Source of the DNA: an uncultured Clostridia bacterium
GTDB taxonomy: Bacteria > Bacillota > Clostridia > TANB77 > CAG-508
DNA length: 64,000 nucleotides
Direction: 5' to 3'
Assembly: GCA_949948835.1 (NCBI GenBank)
Contig: CATLHF010000008.1
Coordinates: 10,873 to 74,872, forward strand
The stretch's first letter is position 1. Each line of letters starts with the position of its first letter. Below the pieces are notes generated by a model. The model was not told the origin of the DNA. It saw only the letters and a program-made list of their open reading frames with translations, and ran no database searches. The position numbers were made by a program, and so were the translations under genes. Of this stretch, positions 44,442 to 53,431 are shown one piece after another.

Positions 44442-45617
44442 TTATAGTTGTGTACCTAATCGTTTTTCCATATCTCTTTTCAAGGCTAATATTTCTGTTT
44501 CTTTTAGTCCTGTTTGCGCCATTATATAAGATGTTCTCATATCGTCCTTAAGAAGTCGTCTTGCCATTTGTTGTTTTTGCATTCGTTCTAGTTGCATTTT
44601 TGCTTTTTCCAATTTTTCAACACCTAAATATGCTAAATCTTCATTATTCATCGTCATGTTTAAAAATCGTATTGCTTCTGTTGTTTGTTTTGTTTTTATG
44701 TAAGCATTTACCAGTAAAATAATTTCTTCTAGCGTTACTTTATCGTATTTTTCATCAATTACCATTCGATATGCATTTACATCATTTACTGTAATTTCTT
44801 TTGCATCCATCTTTTTTCGAATTGTTTTGGCATTAATGTTTGTTTTTCTTTGCGTTTCTCTCGATTCTTTTTTTATGGACTTTTCTTGAATTCTTTGTCC
44901 AGTTTGTTCTGTTTCTTCTTGTCCTTCTACTCCTTGTTGTTTAGTTTCCCCCTCTATTTCTGGTTCTAATACTGCTTTTTCATCTGTTTTACTAATTTCT
45001 CTGCTTATTGTATTATTAGATACTCCTAATATACCTGCTATCTCTTTTTGTTCTTTTTCCTTATTTTTCTCTTCTTCTTGCCTTCTTTTTTCACCTTCTT
45101 GCCTTGCATCTTCTAATAATTTTTGAGGTATGGATGCTATTTTTTTATTGATGGTAGTATCAGCTACCTGAAACGCTCTTGCAATTTTATGTTGGCTTTT
45201 CTCTTGTCTTATTCGTTCTAATATTTCTTCTTGTTTTATTTCTACTCTTCTATTTGATGGCCTTCTTAAACCTTGTTTTACCGCTTCATTTATTGCTTCA
45301 TTCACTAATGTTTTATCTATCTCTTTTATTCTCATAGAAATATCAGTTTGTTTTACATCCATTACTTGTGCTATTCCAGTTTGATACTTCCCTTGTTTCG
45401 TTAACCTTAATATTTGTTCTTGCTCTTTTTGTAGTGTCACTTCACGCTTTGCTTGCCCTTTTTGCATTGCTTTTTCTAATAATGTTTCATCTATTTTATG
45501 CATTCTTCTATTGATTACTTCATATCCTATTTTTTGTATTCTTACAATTTCAAGTGTTGTTTTTCCTCGTTCAATTAGCTTTAATAGGTCTTGTTGTGAC
45601 CATTCTACTTTTGGCAT
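44442..45617 (-). CDS. Hypothetical protein with several HTH-like repeats
   Basis: 391 aa; repeated segments TGIAQVMDVKQTDIS, HKIARAFQVADTTIN, KEIAGILGVSNNTISR, YIMAQTGLKETEI. Confidence 0.7.
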   Translation of the reverse strand: MPKVEWSQQDLLKLIERGKTTLEIVRIQKIGYEVINRRMHKIDETLLEKAMQKGQAKREVTLQKEQEQILRLTKQGKYQTGIAQVMDVKQTDISMRIKEIDKTLVNEAINEAVKQGLRRPSNRRVEIKQEEILERIRQEKSQHKIARAFQVADTTINKKIASIPQKLLEDARQEGEKRRQEEEKNKEKEQKEIAGILGVSNNTISREISKTDEKAVLEPEIEGETKQQGVEGQEETEQTGQRIQEKSIKKESRETQRKTNINAKTIRKKMDAKEITVNDVNAYRMVIDEKYDKVTLEEIILLVNAYIKTKQTTEAIRFLNMTMNNEDLAYLGVEKLEKAKMQLERMQKQQMARRLLKDDMRTSYIMAQTGLKETEILALKRDMEKRLGTQL

Positions 45618-45704
45618 ATTTCTTTCCCCTTTTTACAAAATTCACTATTATTATATATTATTTTACATAAAATTACAATTATTTAATAAAAAAAGAACAA
45701 GATG

Positions 45705-46346
45705 TTATTCTTGTTCCATGTTTTGTTTTATTTTATTTGCTTTTTTTCGAATTCTTTGAATTGCCGTATCCACTGATTTTACTTTTGTGCCTAGTTTTTC
45801 GGCAATAGCGGCATAGGACTTTCCTTGTTTGTATTGGTGTAATACTTGTTTTTCAAAGTCACTTAAGCTCTCATTTATTTTGTTTTCGATTGAATAATAG
45901 TATTCTTTTTTTGTTAGCATTTCTAATGGATCTTCTGTTGTTTTGGTTTCTAATATTTCAATGACTGGCACGTCATCATTTTCTTCGTATGCTGCTGAAT
46001 TTAAGGAAAATGCCGAGTTTAATGGTATGTTTTTTTGACGGTTTGATGTTTTTAGTGCCGTTATTAGTTGTCTTTCGATACATAGGTTAGCAAATGTTTT
46101 AAAGGAATTTTGCTTTTCGGAATTAAATGATTTGGTGGCTTTATATAGTCCAATTAATCCTTCTTGAATAATATCTTCTCTTTCTGCTCCTGCCATGAAA
46201 AATTTACTTGCTTTCATATTCACCAAGTCATTGTATTTATTCATTAAGTAATTTAATGCGGTATTATCACCAGATTGTATTTCTTGAATTACTTTTTCAT
46301 CTGGCATATTTCCATATTGAATTTCAAGTTGATTTGCTTGTATCAT
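45705..46346 (-). CDS. sigH: RNA polymerase sigma-H factor
   Basis: FFMAGAEREDIIQEGLIGLYKA, SFKTFANLCIERQLITALKTSNRQK, KSVDTAIQRIRKK. Confidence 0.92.
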   Translation of the reverse strand: MIQANQLEIQYGNMPDEKVIQEIQSGDNTALNYLMNKYNDLVNMKASKFFMAGAEREDIIQEGLIGLYKATKSFNSEKQNSFKTFANLCIERQLITALKTSNRQKNIPLNSAFSLNSAAYEENDDVPVIEILETKTTEDPLEMLTKKEYYYSIENKINESLSDFEKQVLHQYKQGKSYAAIAEKLGTKVKSVDTAIQRIRKKANKIKQNMEQE

Positions 46347-46437
46347 GTATCTTGCTACCTCCTAAGGCTGATTCTACTTGCATTATATTTGATTCTTCTT
46401 CTAAATGTCAAGTGTTTTTCGCTATTTTTCTTGACTT

Positions 46438-47022
46438 TTAGCGATTTATTTGTCTTTTTATTTCCTCTAATGCCTTTTTTCGACTACTTATGACATTTTT
46501 TTCTGTCTTTTCTAGTTCCGCAAGGGTTCTTCCATCTTCTAATTCAAATATCTCATCAAATCCAAATCCATTTTCTCCTTTGCATGTTGTTGCGATATAT
46601 CCTGAAAGGATTCCTGTCCCTATTTTAAATTCTGTTCCATCATAATATACAATTACTGTCACGTAATCTACTTTTCTTTTTTCTTTTTTAAGTCCTTGCA
46701 TTTTAGCTAATATATATTCATTTCTTTGTCTTGCATATTGATTAGAATCTTTGTCTTCTCCTAAAAACCTTGCTGTTTTTACTCCTGGCCATCCACCATA
46801 TTCTTTAATACAAATTCCACTATCATCTGCAATGCATGGTATTTTTGTTTTTTCATAAATCTTTTTTGCTTTCTTTTTTGCATTTTCTTCAAATGTTCTT
46901 CCATTTTCAATTACTTCTACCGTATTTTTTATATCGTTTAACGTGATTATATCCCATTCATCTAAGATTGCTTGTATCTCTTTTACCTTCTCTTTATTTC
47001 CACTTGCTACTAGTATTTCCAT
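46438..47022 (-). CDS. rdgB: Non-canonical purine NTP pyrophosphatase (Ham1/RdgB)
   Basis: ASGNKEKVKE, ENGRTFEENAKKKA, ADDSG, PGVKTARF, GFGFDEIF, KNVISSR. Confidence 0.92.
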   Translation of the reverse strand: MEILVASGNKEKVKEIQAILDEWDIITLNDIKNTVEVIENGRTFEENAKKKAKKIYEKTKIPCIADDSGICIKEYGGWPGVKTARFLGEDKDSNQYARQRNEYILAKMQGLKKEKRKVDYVTVIVYYDGTEFKIGTGILSGYIATTCKGENGFGFDEIFELEDGRTLAELEKTEKNVISSRKKALEEIKRQINR

Positions 47023-47153
47023 GACTTATTTCCCTTTCTTTTTGCTTATTATATCATACTTTTAGGCAGAATACCACATTTCTACATTTATTGACTTTTT
47101 TCTACGTTTATATCATAATGTTACTATATCATTCATTAAAGAAGGTGTAATTT

Positions 47154-48462
47154 TTGCCTAAAATATATTTAGAAAAAAATGTTTTAGATGCTGCCTTTGA
47201 GCGATTGGAATTTATATTTGATCATTTTGATAATATATATTTTAGTGTAAGTGGTGGAAAAGATAGCAGTCTTATGGTTCAACTCGCAAACATGGTGGCT
47301 CTTAAGAAACATCGAACGTTCGATGTTTTATATATTGATTTTGAGGCTCAGTATCGTTTAACCATTGAACATATTTATGAATTAAAGCAATTATCTCAAA
47401 TAAGAGATTTTTATCATATTGCTCTTCCTATGGCTCTACGTAATGCTGTTTCTATTTTGCAACCAAAATGGATTTGTTGGGAAGAAGAAAGTAGAGATTT
47501 ATGGGTAAGAGATTTACCAGCTGATAGTATTAATATGACTAACTGTCCTTTTCCATGGTTCCGTAAGGGAGAAGAGTTTGAAGAGTTCATTATTCAGTTT
47601 GCTGCCTGGTATCAAAAAAAATGGGGTGGTAGTGTTGCTTGTGGCGTTGGTATTCGTAGTGATGAAAGTTTAAATCGTTTTCGAACAATTACTTTTGAAG
47701 GAAAAATTCTGTATCAGAATAAACATTGGACAACAAAAATTAAATATGGGGATCAATATATTGATGTTTTTAATTTTTACCCAATTTATGACTGGAGAAC
47801 AGAAGATATTTGGGGAGCTGTTAGCAAGTTTGATTTGAAGTATAATCAAGTTTATGAATTGATGTATAAAAATGGACTTAGTATTCATGAACAACGTTTA
47901 TGCCAACCATATGGTGATGATCAAAAAAACGGCTTAGACCAGTTTAAGGCTTTGGAATATGATACTTGGTCTAAAGTAGTAAATCGTGTAAACCGGTGTA
48001 AATTTTGGAAATATATATTGTAGAACTACTGCTCTTGGAAATCTTAAAACATCCAAGCCAGATTTTATGACTTGGAAGGAATATTCTATCTTTTTATTAG
48101 AGAGTATTGGGATTTATAATAGTGATTTGATGCTTCATTATTATCGAAAAATCAAAAAATTTGCTTATTGGTATAAAAAACGTGATGGTATTGATATGTG
48201 TGATATTCCAGATCAGGCAGATACTAAATTAGAAAATCAGAAAAAAGTGATTTCTTGGAGAAGGATTGCAAGGTCAATTGAAAAGAATGATTTCTATATG
48301 AAACGTCTTTGTTTTGCTCAGACAAAAACGGATGATGAAGAACTTCGAAGATTGATTCATAAATGGGATAATTTATTAAATGAGGATACCATTTCTGATG
48401 ATAAAGATCTAATTAATTTTATAAAAGATGAGGTGGAAAAAGATGATAATAAAATTAACTAA
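47154..48462 (+). CDS. PAPS-reductase-family / DUF3440 protein (YbdN/IbrA-like); ~435 aa via +1 shift at CGGT 47994-47997
   Basis: SVSGGKDS PP-loop, YIDFEAQY, GIRSDESLNR, YPIYDW, QRLCQPYGDDQ; the shift gives VNRVN-G-VNFGNIY...TWKEY...SWRRIA..KND. Confidence 0.85.
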
Positions 48463-48811
48463 TAAAGATGCTAATTTTTATCAATATATGGGAAAGTTTT
48501 TTGGTTCTCGTATTGTTCAAACAGAAACGAAAGATCGTATTTATGATGATAATAATAAAACTTGGTATCTTTATGTTGATGCAGATGATAAACCTTATGG
48601 TTTTATTTCCGTTTGTGATGATGTAATAAAAAATATTTATTCTAGTAACGAAACCTACTTAAAAGAGTTATTATTACAAGTAATGCAAGATATTTCCATT
48701 CAACCAAGTATCGTAACAAAATTATATGATAAACTGTATGTGGAGTGTGGATTAAAACTTACTTCATTAGATAATTATAAACATTTTGTTATGATTCGAG
48801 GTGATAAATAA
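48443..48811 (+). CDS. Small hypothetical protein, possibly GNAT-like
   Basis: ~122 aa, GAGGTGG RBS, 'FYQYMGKFFGSR', coupled to both neighbours. Confidence 0.7.
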   Translation: MIIKLTNKDANFYQYMGKFFGSRIVQTETKDRIYDDNNKTWYLYVDADDKPYGFISVCDDVIKNIYSSNETYLKELLLQVMQDISIQPSIVTKLYDKLYVECGLKLTSLDNYKHFVMIRGDK

Positions 48812-49336
48812 TTGAGAGAAATTGAATTTCCAGTATTAAATGTAAAGATGGTTGATATTGATAAGGTTGTTGCAAATGATTATAACCCTAATAAAGTAGC
48901 TCCTCCTGAAATGAAATTATTAAAGCATTCCATTGAAGAGGATGGCTATACTCAACCAATCGTTACTTATTATGATAAAGAAAATGACCAATATATTGTT
49001 GTTGATGGATTTCACCGTTATCGTTGTGCTAAAGAGTATTTCCATTTAAAACAAATTCCAGTGGTTACAATTGATAAGGATTTAACCAATCGTATGGCAA
49101 GTACAATCCGCCATAATCGTGCAAGAGGTACTCATCAAATTATTGATATGTCCAAGATTGTTATTGATTTAAGTAATCGTGGTTGGAGTGAAAATGAGAT
49201 TTCAGAACATTTAGGTATGGAATTGGATGAAATTATTCGTTTAAAGCAAATTAGTGGTTTAAAGGAAGCTTTTGCTAATCATGTTTTTAGTAAGTCTTGG
49301 GAAGAGTTTGAAGAAAATTTAAAAAAAAATACTTAA
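48812..49336 (+). CDS. ParB/Srx-like nuclease domain protein (YbdM/IbrB-like)
   Basis: ANDYNPNKVAPPEMKLL, SIEEDGYTQPIV, VVDGFHRY, RMASTIRHNRARG. Confidence 0.9.
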   Translation: MREIEFPVLNVKMVDIDKVVANDYNPNKVAPPEMKLLKHSIEEDGYTQPIVTYYDKENDQYIVVDGFHRYRCAKEYFHLKQIPVVTIDKDLTNRMASTIRHNRARGTHQIIDMSKIVIDLSNRGWSENEISEHLGMELDEIIRLKQISGLKEAFANHVFSKSWEEFEENLKKNT

Positions 49337-49409
49337 CAGCGTTTTTATATAAATTATATACCTAGCAAGAGTGAAGTAGTTTCACACATGCTAGGTATTT
49401 TATGATGTT

Positions 49410-50117
49410 TTATTCGTTTTCTTTTTTCTTTCGAATTAAAATAAGTGGCGTTAGTTCCTTTCCTTGTCCTGATGGGTTGTCTTTAATTAATTCTTTTAAT
49501 TCCTCTTCTGATAGTGAAATATCATCTGAGTATCCTAAAATTTCTTGTCCTAAATCATTCGCGTCTACGATCATACAAGTAATTCCTAGTTGTTGTTTAA
49601 TGTCATTACATACTCCTGTTGGATCTTCTGGAAGCCTGATTCCAATATCTCCATATTCTTGCCAAACATGGTCATAAAATCCATCTAGTCCACTTACCTC
49701 TTGCCCTACGATTTCATAAAAGACACCTTTTTTTCCAAATAGTTTGGTAATCGCACTTGCAATACTTGCCCACAGTACTTTAAATAGTCCAACTGTATCA
49801 ATGGCATATTGCATTTTGATAGTTTCTCCCACTCCTACTCCTGTTGATGGATGAGATGCGAATTTGGATAATAATTTTGCCCAAAATCCAATTTTAATGT
49901 CTTCTCTTTTTACTATTCGGTTTTGGCATAGTGCGATAATTTTTTCACTACTTGAAACAATGTCTCCTTCTTCATAAATTGGTAATACGTATTCTTTAAA
50001 AATTTCAATATACGATTCTCCCTGTTTGACGAATCTTGTTTTAATGGCATGTCTTAAATAGGTTTGTCCTTTTACTTCTATTTCAACTTTTTTTCCTTCA
50101 TTCATATAGAATTCCAT
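49410..50117 (-). CDS. CofE/DUF129-like (F420-0:L-glutamate ligase-like) protein
   Basis: AIKT, SSEKIIALCQNR, IVDANDLG, DNPSGQGKELTP. Confidence 0.7.
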   Translation of the reverse strand: MEFYMNEGKKVEIEVKGQTYLRHAIKTRFVKQGESYIEIFKEYVLPIYEEGDIVSSSEKIIALCQNRIVKREDIKIGFWAKLLSKFASHPSTGVGVGETIKMQYAIDTVGLFKVLWASIASAITKLFGKKGVFYEIVGQEVSGLDGFYDHVWQEYGDIGIRLPEDPTGVCNDIKQQLGITCMIVDANDLGQEILGYSDDISLSEEELKELIKDNPSGQGKELTPLILIRKKKENE

Positions 50118-50235
50118 TCTTTTTTCTCTCCTCACTTACATATTTTTAGAGTTTTTGCATATATTATATATTATCGCTTTTTTCATAATTATACAAGGTA
50201 TTCCTTTAAATTTTAAGAAATTTTAAAAAGAAGCC

Positions 50236-50264
50236 TTGACATTACTTTAAAAAGCGATTATACT
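50236..50264 (+). promoter_or_regulatory. Sigma-A promoter of tRNA-fMet
   Basis: TTGACA-17 nt-TATACT. Confidence 0.85.
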
Positions 50265-50276
50265 ATACAAGTACAT

Positions 50277-50352
<76 letters not shown>

Positions 50353-50360
50353 GTTTTTTT

Positions 50361-50393
50361 AGAGATAAGTAGCATGCTACTTATCTCTTTTTT
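50361..50393 (+). terminator. Terminator after the tRNA
   Basis: AGAGATAAGTAGC-at-GCTACTTATCTCT followed by a T-run. Confidence 0.85.
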
Positions 50394-50470
50394 GCAAGTT
50401 TGCTTTATTTATGTAAATATGGTATAATGGTATTGTTAATGTCAAAAAAGATGTTCAAGGAGGACAAAAA

Positions 50471-50914
50471 ATGATTAAAATTGAAAATGCAAAACTTATT
50501 ATTCGGGAAAAAACCTTAACAATCACTTGTAGCGGAAATCCAGATTGTTTCCAGAATGTACTTAACTGTGCATGTGCAATTCTTGATGGGGTCGAATATA
50601 TCGGCGATCGCATCGAAGCAGACCGGCTCTTGGTCACTTTAATCAAATATAACGGTCAGCTTTATTATCTGTACGATCCATCAGCATGCGGAACAGAAAA
50701 CTTTCAAATATACAGCATGCTTTTTATGCAGTATGAAGAAAGCTTGGAATGCACAAATCCTGTTTCTGATTATCAATATGTTCTTGATTATTATCAAATT
50801 GCTGTGCATAATTCGATGCATGTTCAGTTGTATTTTCGGTCAAATGAATATGAGATGGCCGAAAGGATGAAGAACGGATTGGGAAAGGACGTTGCATTTT
50901 TGAAAAAAATTTAA
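50471..50914 (+). CDS. Hypothetical protein next to the tRNA
   Basis: 147 aa, AGGAGG RBS, TATAAT upstream, own terminator at 50921-50948. Confidence 0.7.
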   Translation: MIKIENAKLIIREKTLTITCSGNPDCFQNVLNCACAILDGVEYIGDRIEADRLLVTLIKYNGQLYYLYDPSACGTENFQIYSMLFMQYEESLECTNPVSDYQYVLDYYQIAVHNSMHVQLYFRSNEYEMAERMKNGLGKDVAFLKKI

Positions 50915-51005
50915 CCTCAGACGGCAAGGTTTTTTCCTTGCCGTTTTTCTTTTTATTTATCTAACAGAACAACTCTTAATGTGCAATCACATTGAATTAA
51001 TAATT

Positions 51006-51628
51006 CTATTTTACGCTAATTTTTTCTTTAATTGCTTCAAATTTTGCTTCTCCTATGCCTGGTACATTTTTTAGTTCTTCTATTTGTTTAAAGTTTCCGT
51101 TTTCTTTTCGATAATTGATGATTTTTTCTGCTGTGGATGCTCCGTATTCCTTGCAATGTTTGGAGTTCTTCGGTGGTTGCTTTATTTAAGTTAATTTTTT
51201 TATTGTGTGTTTCTTGTGGTGTTATTTCGTTTGTTGTACTTTCTTCTGATATGTATTCTTGTGGTTGTTCTCCTATTTTAGGTATAATAATTTTCTGTCC
51301 GTCTTCTACTGGATAGGCTAAATTAATATTCGTAATATCTGCATCTTTATTTAATCCTCCTGCTTTTCCGAATGACGTCCGCAATTCTTGCACCCTCTGT
51401 TGTTTTAATGATTCCTGGATTTTTTACTTCTCCCGCTATATGGACAATAATTTGATTTTCTATTTCTTCTTCTGGTTCTTCTTTTTCTATTACATTTTCT
51501 TCACTTATTTGTATGGTGTCTTCTTTTGTGTTTTGTAAAACGGTATAGAAATAGTAGCCTATCATAACAATCATGACAGATAATACTAATGCGCCTATAT
51601 GAATTTGCTTTTGATTAAATTGAATCAT
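51006..51628 (-). CDS. comEA: Competence DNA receptor ComEA; ~206 aa via two +1 shifts at CGGA 51367-51370 and 51141-51144
   Basis: TM helix; SLBB VHIAGEVKNPG...ADVI-G-KAGG...INLA..VEDG; HhH INLNKATTEELQTLQGI-G-ASTAEKIINYRKENGNFKQIEELKNVPGIG. Confidence 0.9.
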
Positions 51629-51737
51629 TTTGGTTCTTCCTTTCTTTCTTAATTTTTGTGTTTTTTTGTGATATGGATTGAATTTTGTAACGATTTAAGT
51701 TAAGATATTAATAATATTTTTAATTGGATGGTGTTTT

Positions 51738-53063
51738 ATGAATCGAAAAAAATATTTACGATTGATTGTTACTTTTTTTATGATGTTAACTTTTATTTTT
51801 TCTATTGTCCCTAGTTATGCAATAGCTTCTACTCCAGAGGTAAATGCTCCTGTAGCACTTCTTATGGATATGGGAACTGGGAAAATTTTATATGAAAAAA
51901 ATGCAAAACAAAAAATGTATCCTGCAAGTACGACTAAGATGATGACTGCTATTTTAGCTTTGGAAAATCGCTTGCTTACAGATACAGCGACTGTTAGTTA
52001 TAATGCGATTTTTACAGTACCTGTTGGTTATAGTAATGCTAATTTACAATTAGACGAAGTTTTAACAATGGAACAACTTTTACATGTGTTATTAATTCCT
52101 TCTGCAAATGATGCAGCAAATGTGATTGCAGAAGATATCGCAGGCTCTGTAGAGAGTTTTTGCAGTATGATGAATACAAAGGCTAGAGAAATTGGTTGTG
52201 AAAATACAAATTTTGTGAATGCAAATGGTGTGCATGATGAAAACCATTATTCTACGGCTTATGATTTGGCTCTAATTGGTAGATATGCTATGCAAAACGA
52301 AACTTTTCGAAAGCTTGTTTCTACCGTTCGTTATACTTTGCCAGTTACTAATAAATATGATAAGGCTGACCGCGTTTTTCTTACTACAAATCGTTTGATT
52401 AATCCCAAAAGTGGTCAATATTATGAAGTTGCTACTGGAATTAAGACTGGATATACCGATGCTGCTAAAAATTGTATTGTAGCAAGTGCCAAAAAGGATG
52501 ATATGGAATTAATTTGCGTTATTATGGGGGCTGGTAGTGATTTAACAACTGCTACAAATAAGTTTGATGATTGTATGACATTATTTGATTATGGGTTTGG
52601 AAATTATAAATACGAAACGCTTTGTAAGGCAAACGATGTGTTTAAGGTAATTACTCCACGAAATGCTTCAAAAGACACAAAGAATTTAAATGTTTTATAT
52701 GAAAATAATATAATGGCTCTAATGAAAACAAATGATTCTACTTTGAATGTTTCTCCTGAAGTGGAGTTAGATAAAAAGCTAAAAGCTCCGATTACAAAAG
52801 GAAGTGTGATTGGAAAAGTTTCTTATACCATTGATGGTATTAACTATACTACAAATTTAATTGCAGGTCAAGATATTTTAGCAAGTTCTATTTTTTCTCT
52901 TTTGTTTAAGATTGCTCTTGTTCTTTTGGCACTATATCTTTTAAAGCGAATTTTAAATTTTATAGAAAGAGGAAATAGAAAAAAGAAGAAGAAATATGCT
53001 AAAACAAAAAAGAAAAATACCAATAAAACTTCTGGTTCTTCTCCTTATCGTTTTGATTATTAA
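51738..53063 (+). CDS. D-alanyl-D-alanine carboxypeptidase (peptidase S11, DacA-like)
   Basis: YPASTTK (SxxK), SANDAA (SxN), KTG, PBP5 C-terminal domain, C-terminal TM helix. Confidence 0.92.
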   Translation: MNRKKYLRLIVTFFMMLTFIFSIVPSYAIASTPEVNAPVALLMDMGTGKILYEKNAKQKMYPASTTKMMTAILALENRLLTDTATVSYNAIFTVPVGYSNANLQLDEVLTMEQLLHVLLIPSANDAANVIAEDIAGSVESFCSMMNTKAREIGCENTNFVNANGVHDENHYSTAYDLALIGRYAMQNETFRKLVSTVRYTLPVTNKYDKADRVFLTTNRLINPKSGQYYEVATGIKTGYTDAAKNCIVASAKKDDMELICVIMGAGSDLTTATNKFDDCMTLFDYGFGNYKYETLCKANDVFKVITPRNASKDTKNLNVLYENNIMALMKTNDSTLNVSPEVELDKKLKAPITKGSVIGKVSYTIDGINYTTNLIAGQDILASSIFSLLFKIALVLLALYLLKRILNFIERGNRKKKKKYAKTKKKNTNKTSGSSPYRFDY

Positions 53064-53102
53064 AAAAAGTTCCCAGTCGCAATAGCGATTGGGAACTTTT
53101 TT
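53062..53102. terminator. Bidirectional terminator
   Basis: A-run, AGTTCCCAGTCGC-aata-GCGATTGGGAACT, T-run, between convergent genes. Confidence 0.85.
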
Positions 53103-53416
53103 TATTTGTTTCTTGCATATAATTCTTCTAAATCATAATTTTGTCTTTCTTTTTCGGTAAATATGTGTACAACAACATCTCCATAGTCCATTAAAATCCA
53201 TTCGGTGTTATATCCCTCTATTTTATTAGGATATAGGTCTTCTTTTTTAAGTTCTACTTCCACATTATCTGCTAATGCTTTAATGTGTGTATTTGATGTT
53301 CCACTTGCAATGACAAAGTAATCTGCTAGCGTGCTTTGTTCGATGATGTTTAACGTTTTTAAGTCAATTGCCTTTTTATCTTCTAATAATGTTGTGATTT
53401 TTTCTAATAATTCCAT
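53102..53416 (-). CDS. rsfS: Ribosome silencing factor
   Basis: LEDKKAID, ADYFVIASG, WILMDYGDVVVHIF, RQNYDLEEL. Confidence 0.95.
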   Translation of the reverse strand: MELLEKITTLLEDKKAIDLKTLNIIEQSTLADYFVIASGTSNTHIKALADNVEVELKKEDLYPNKIEGYNTEWILMDYGDVVVHIFTEKERQNYDLEELYARNK

Positions 53417-53431
53417 ATTGGTTTCTCTCCT

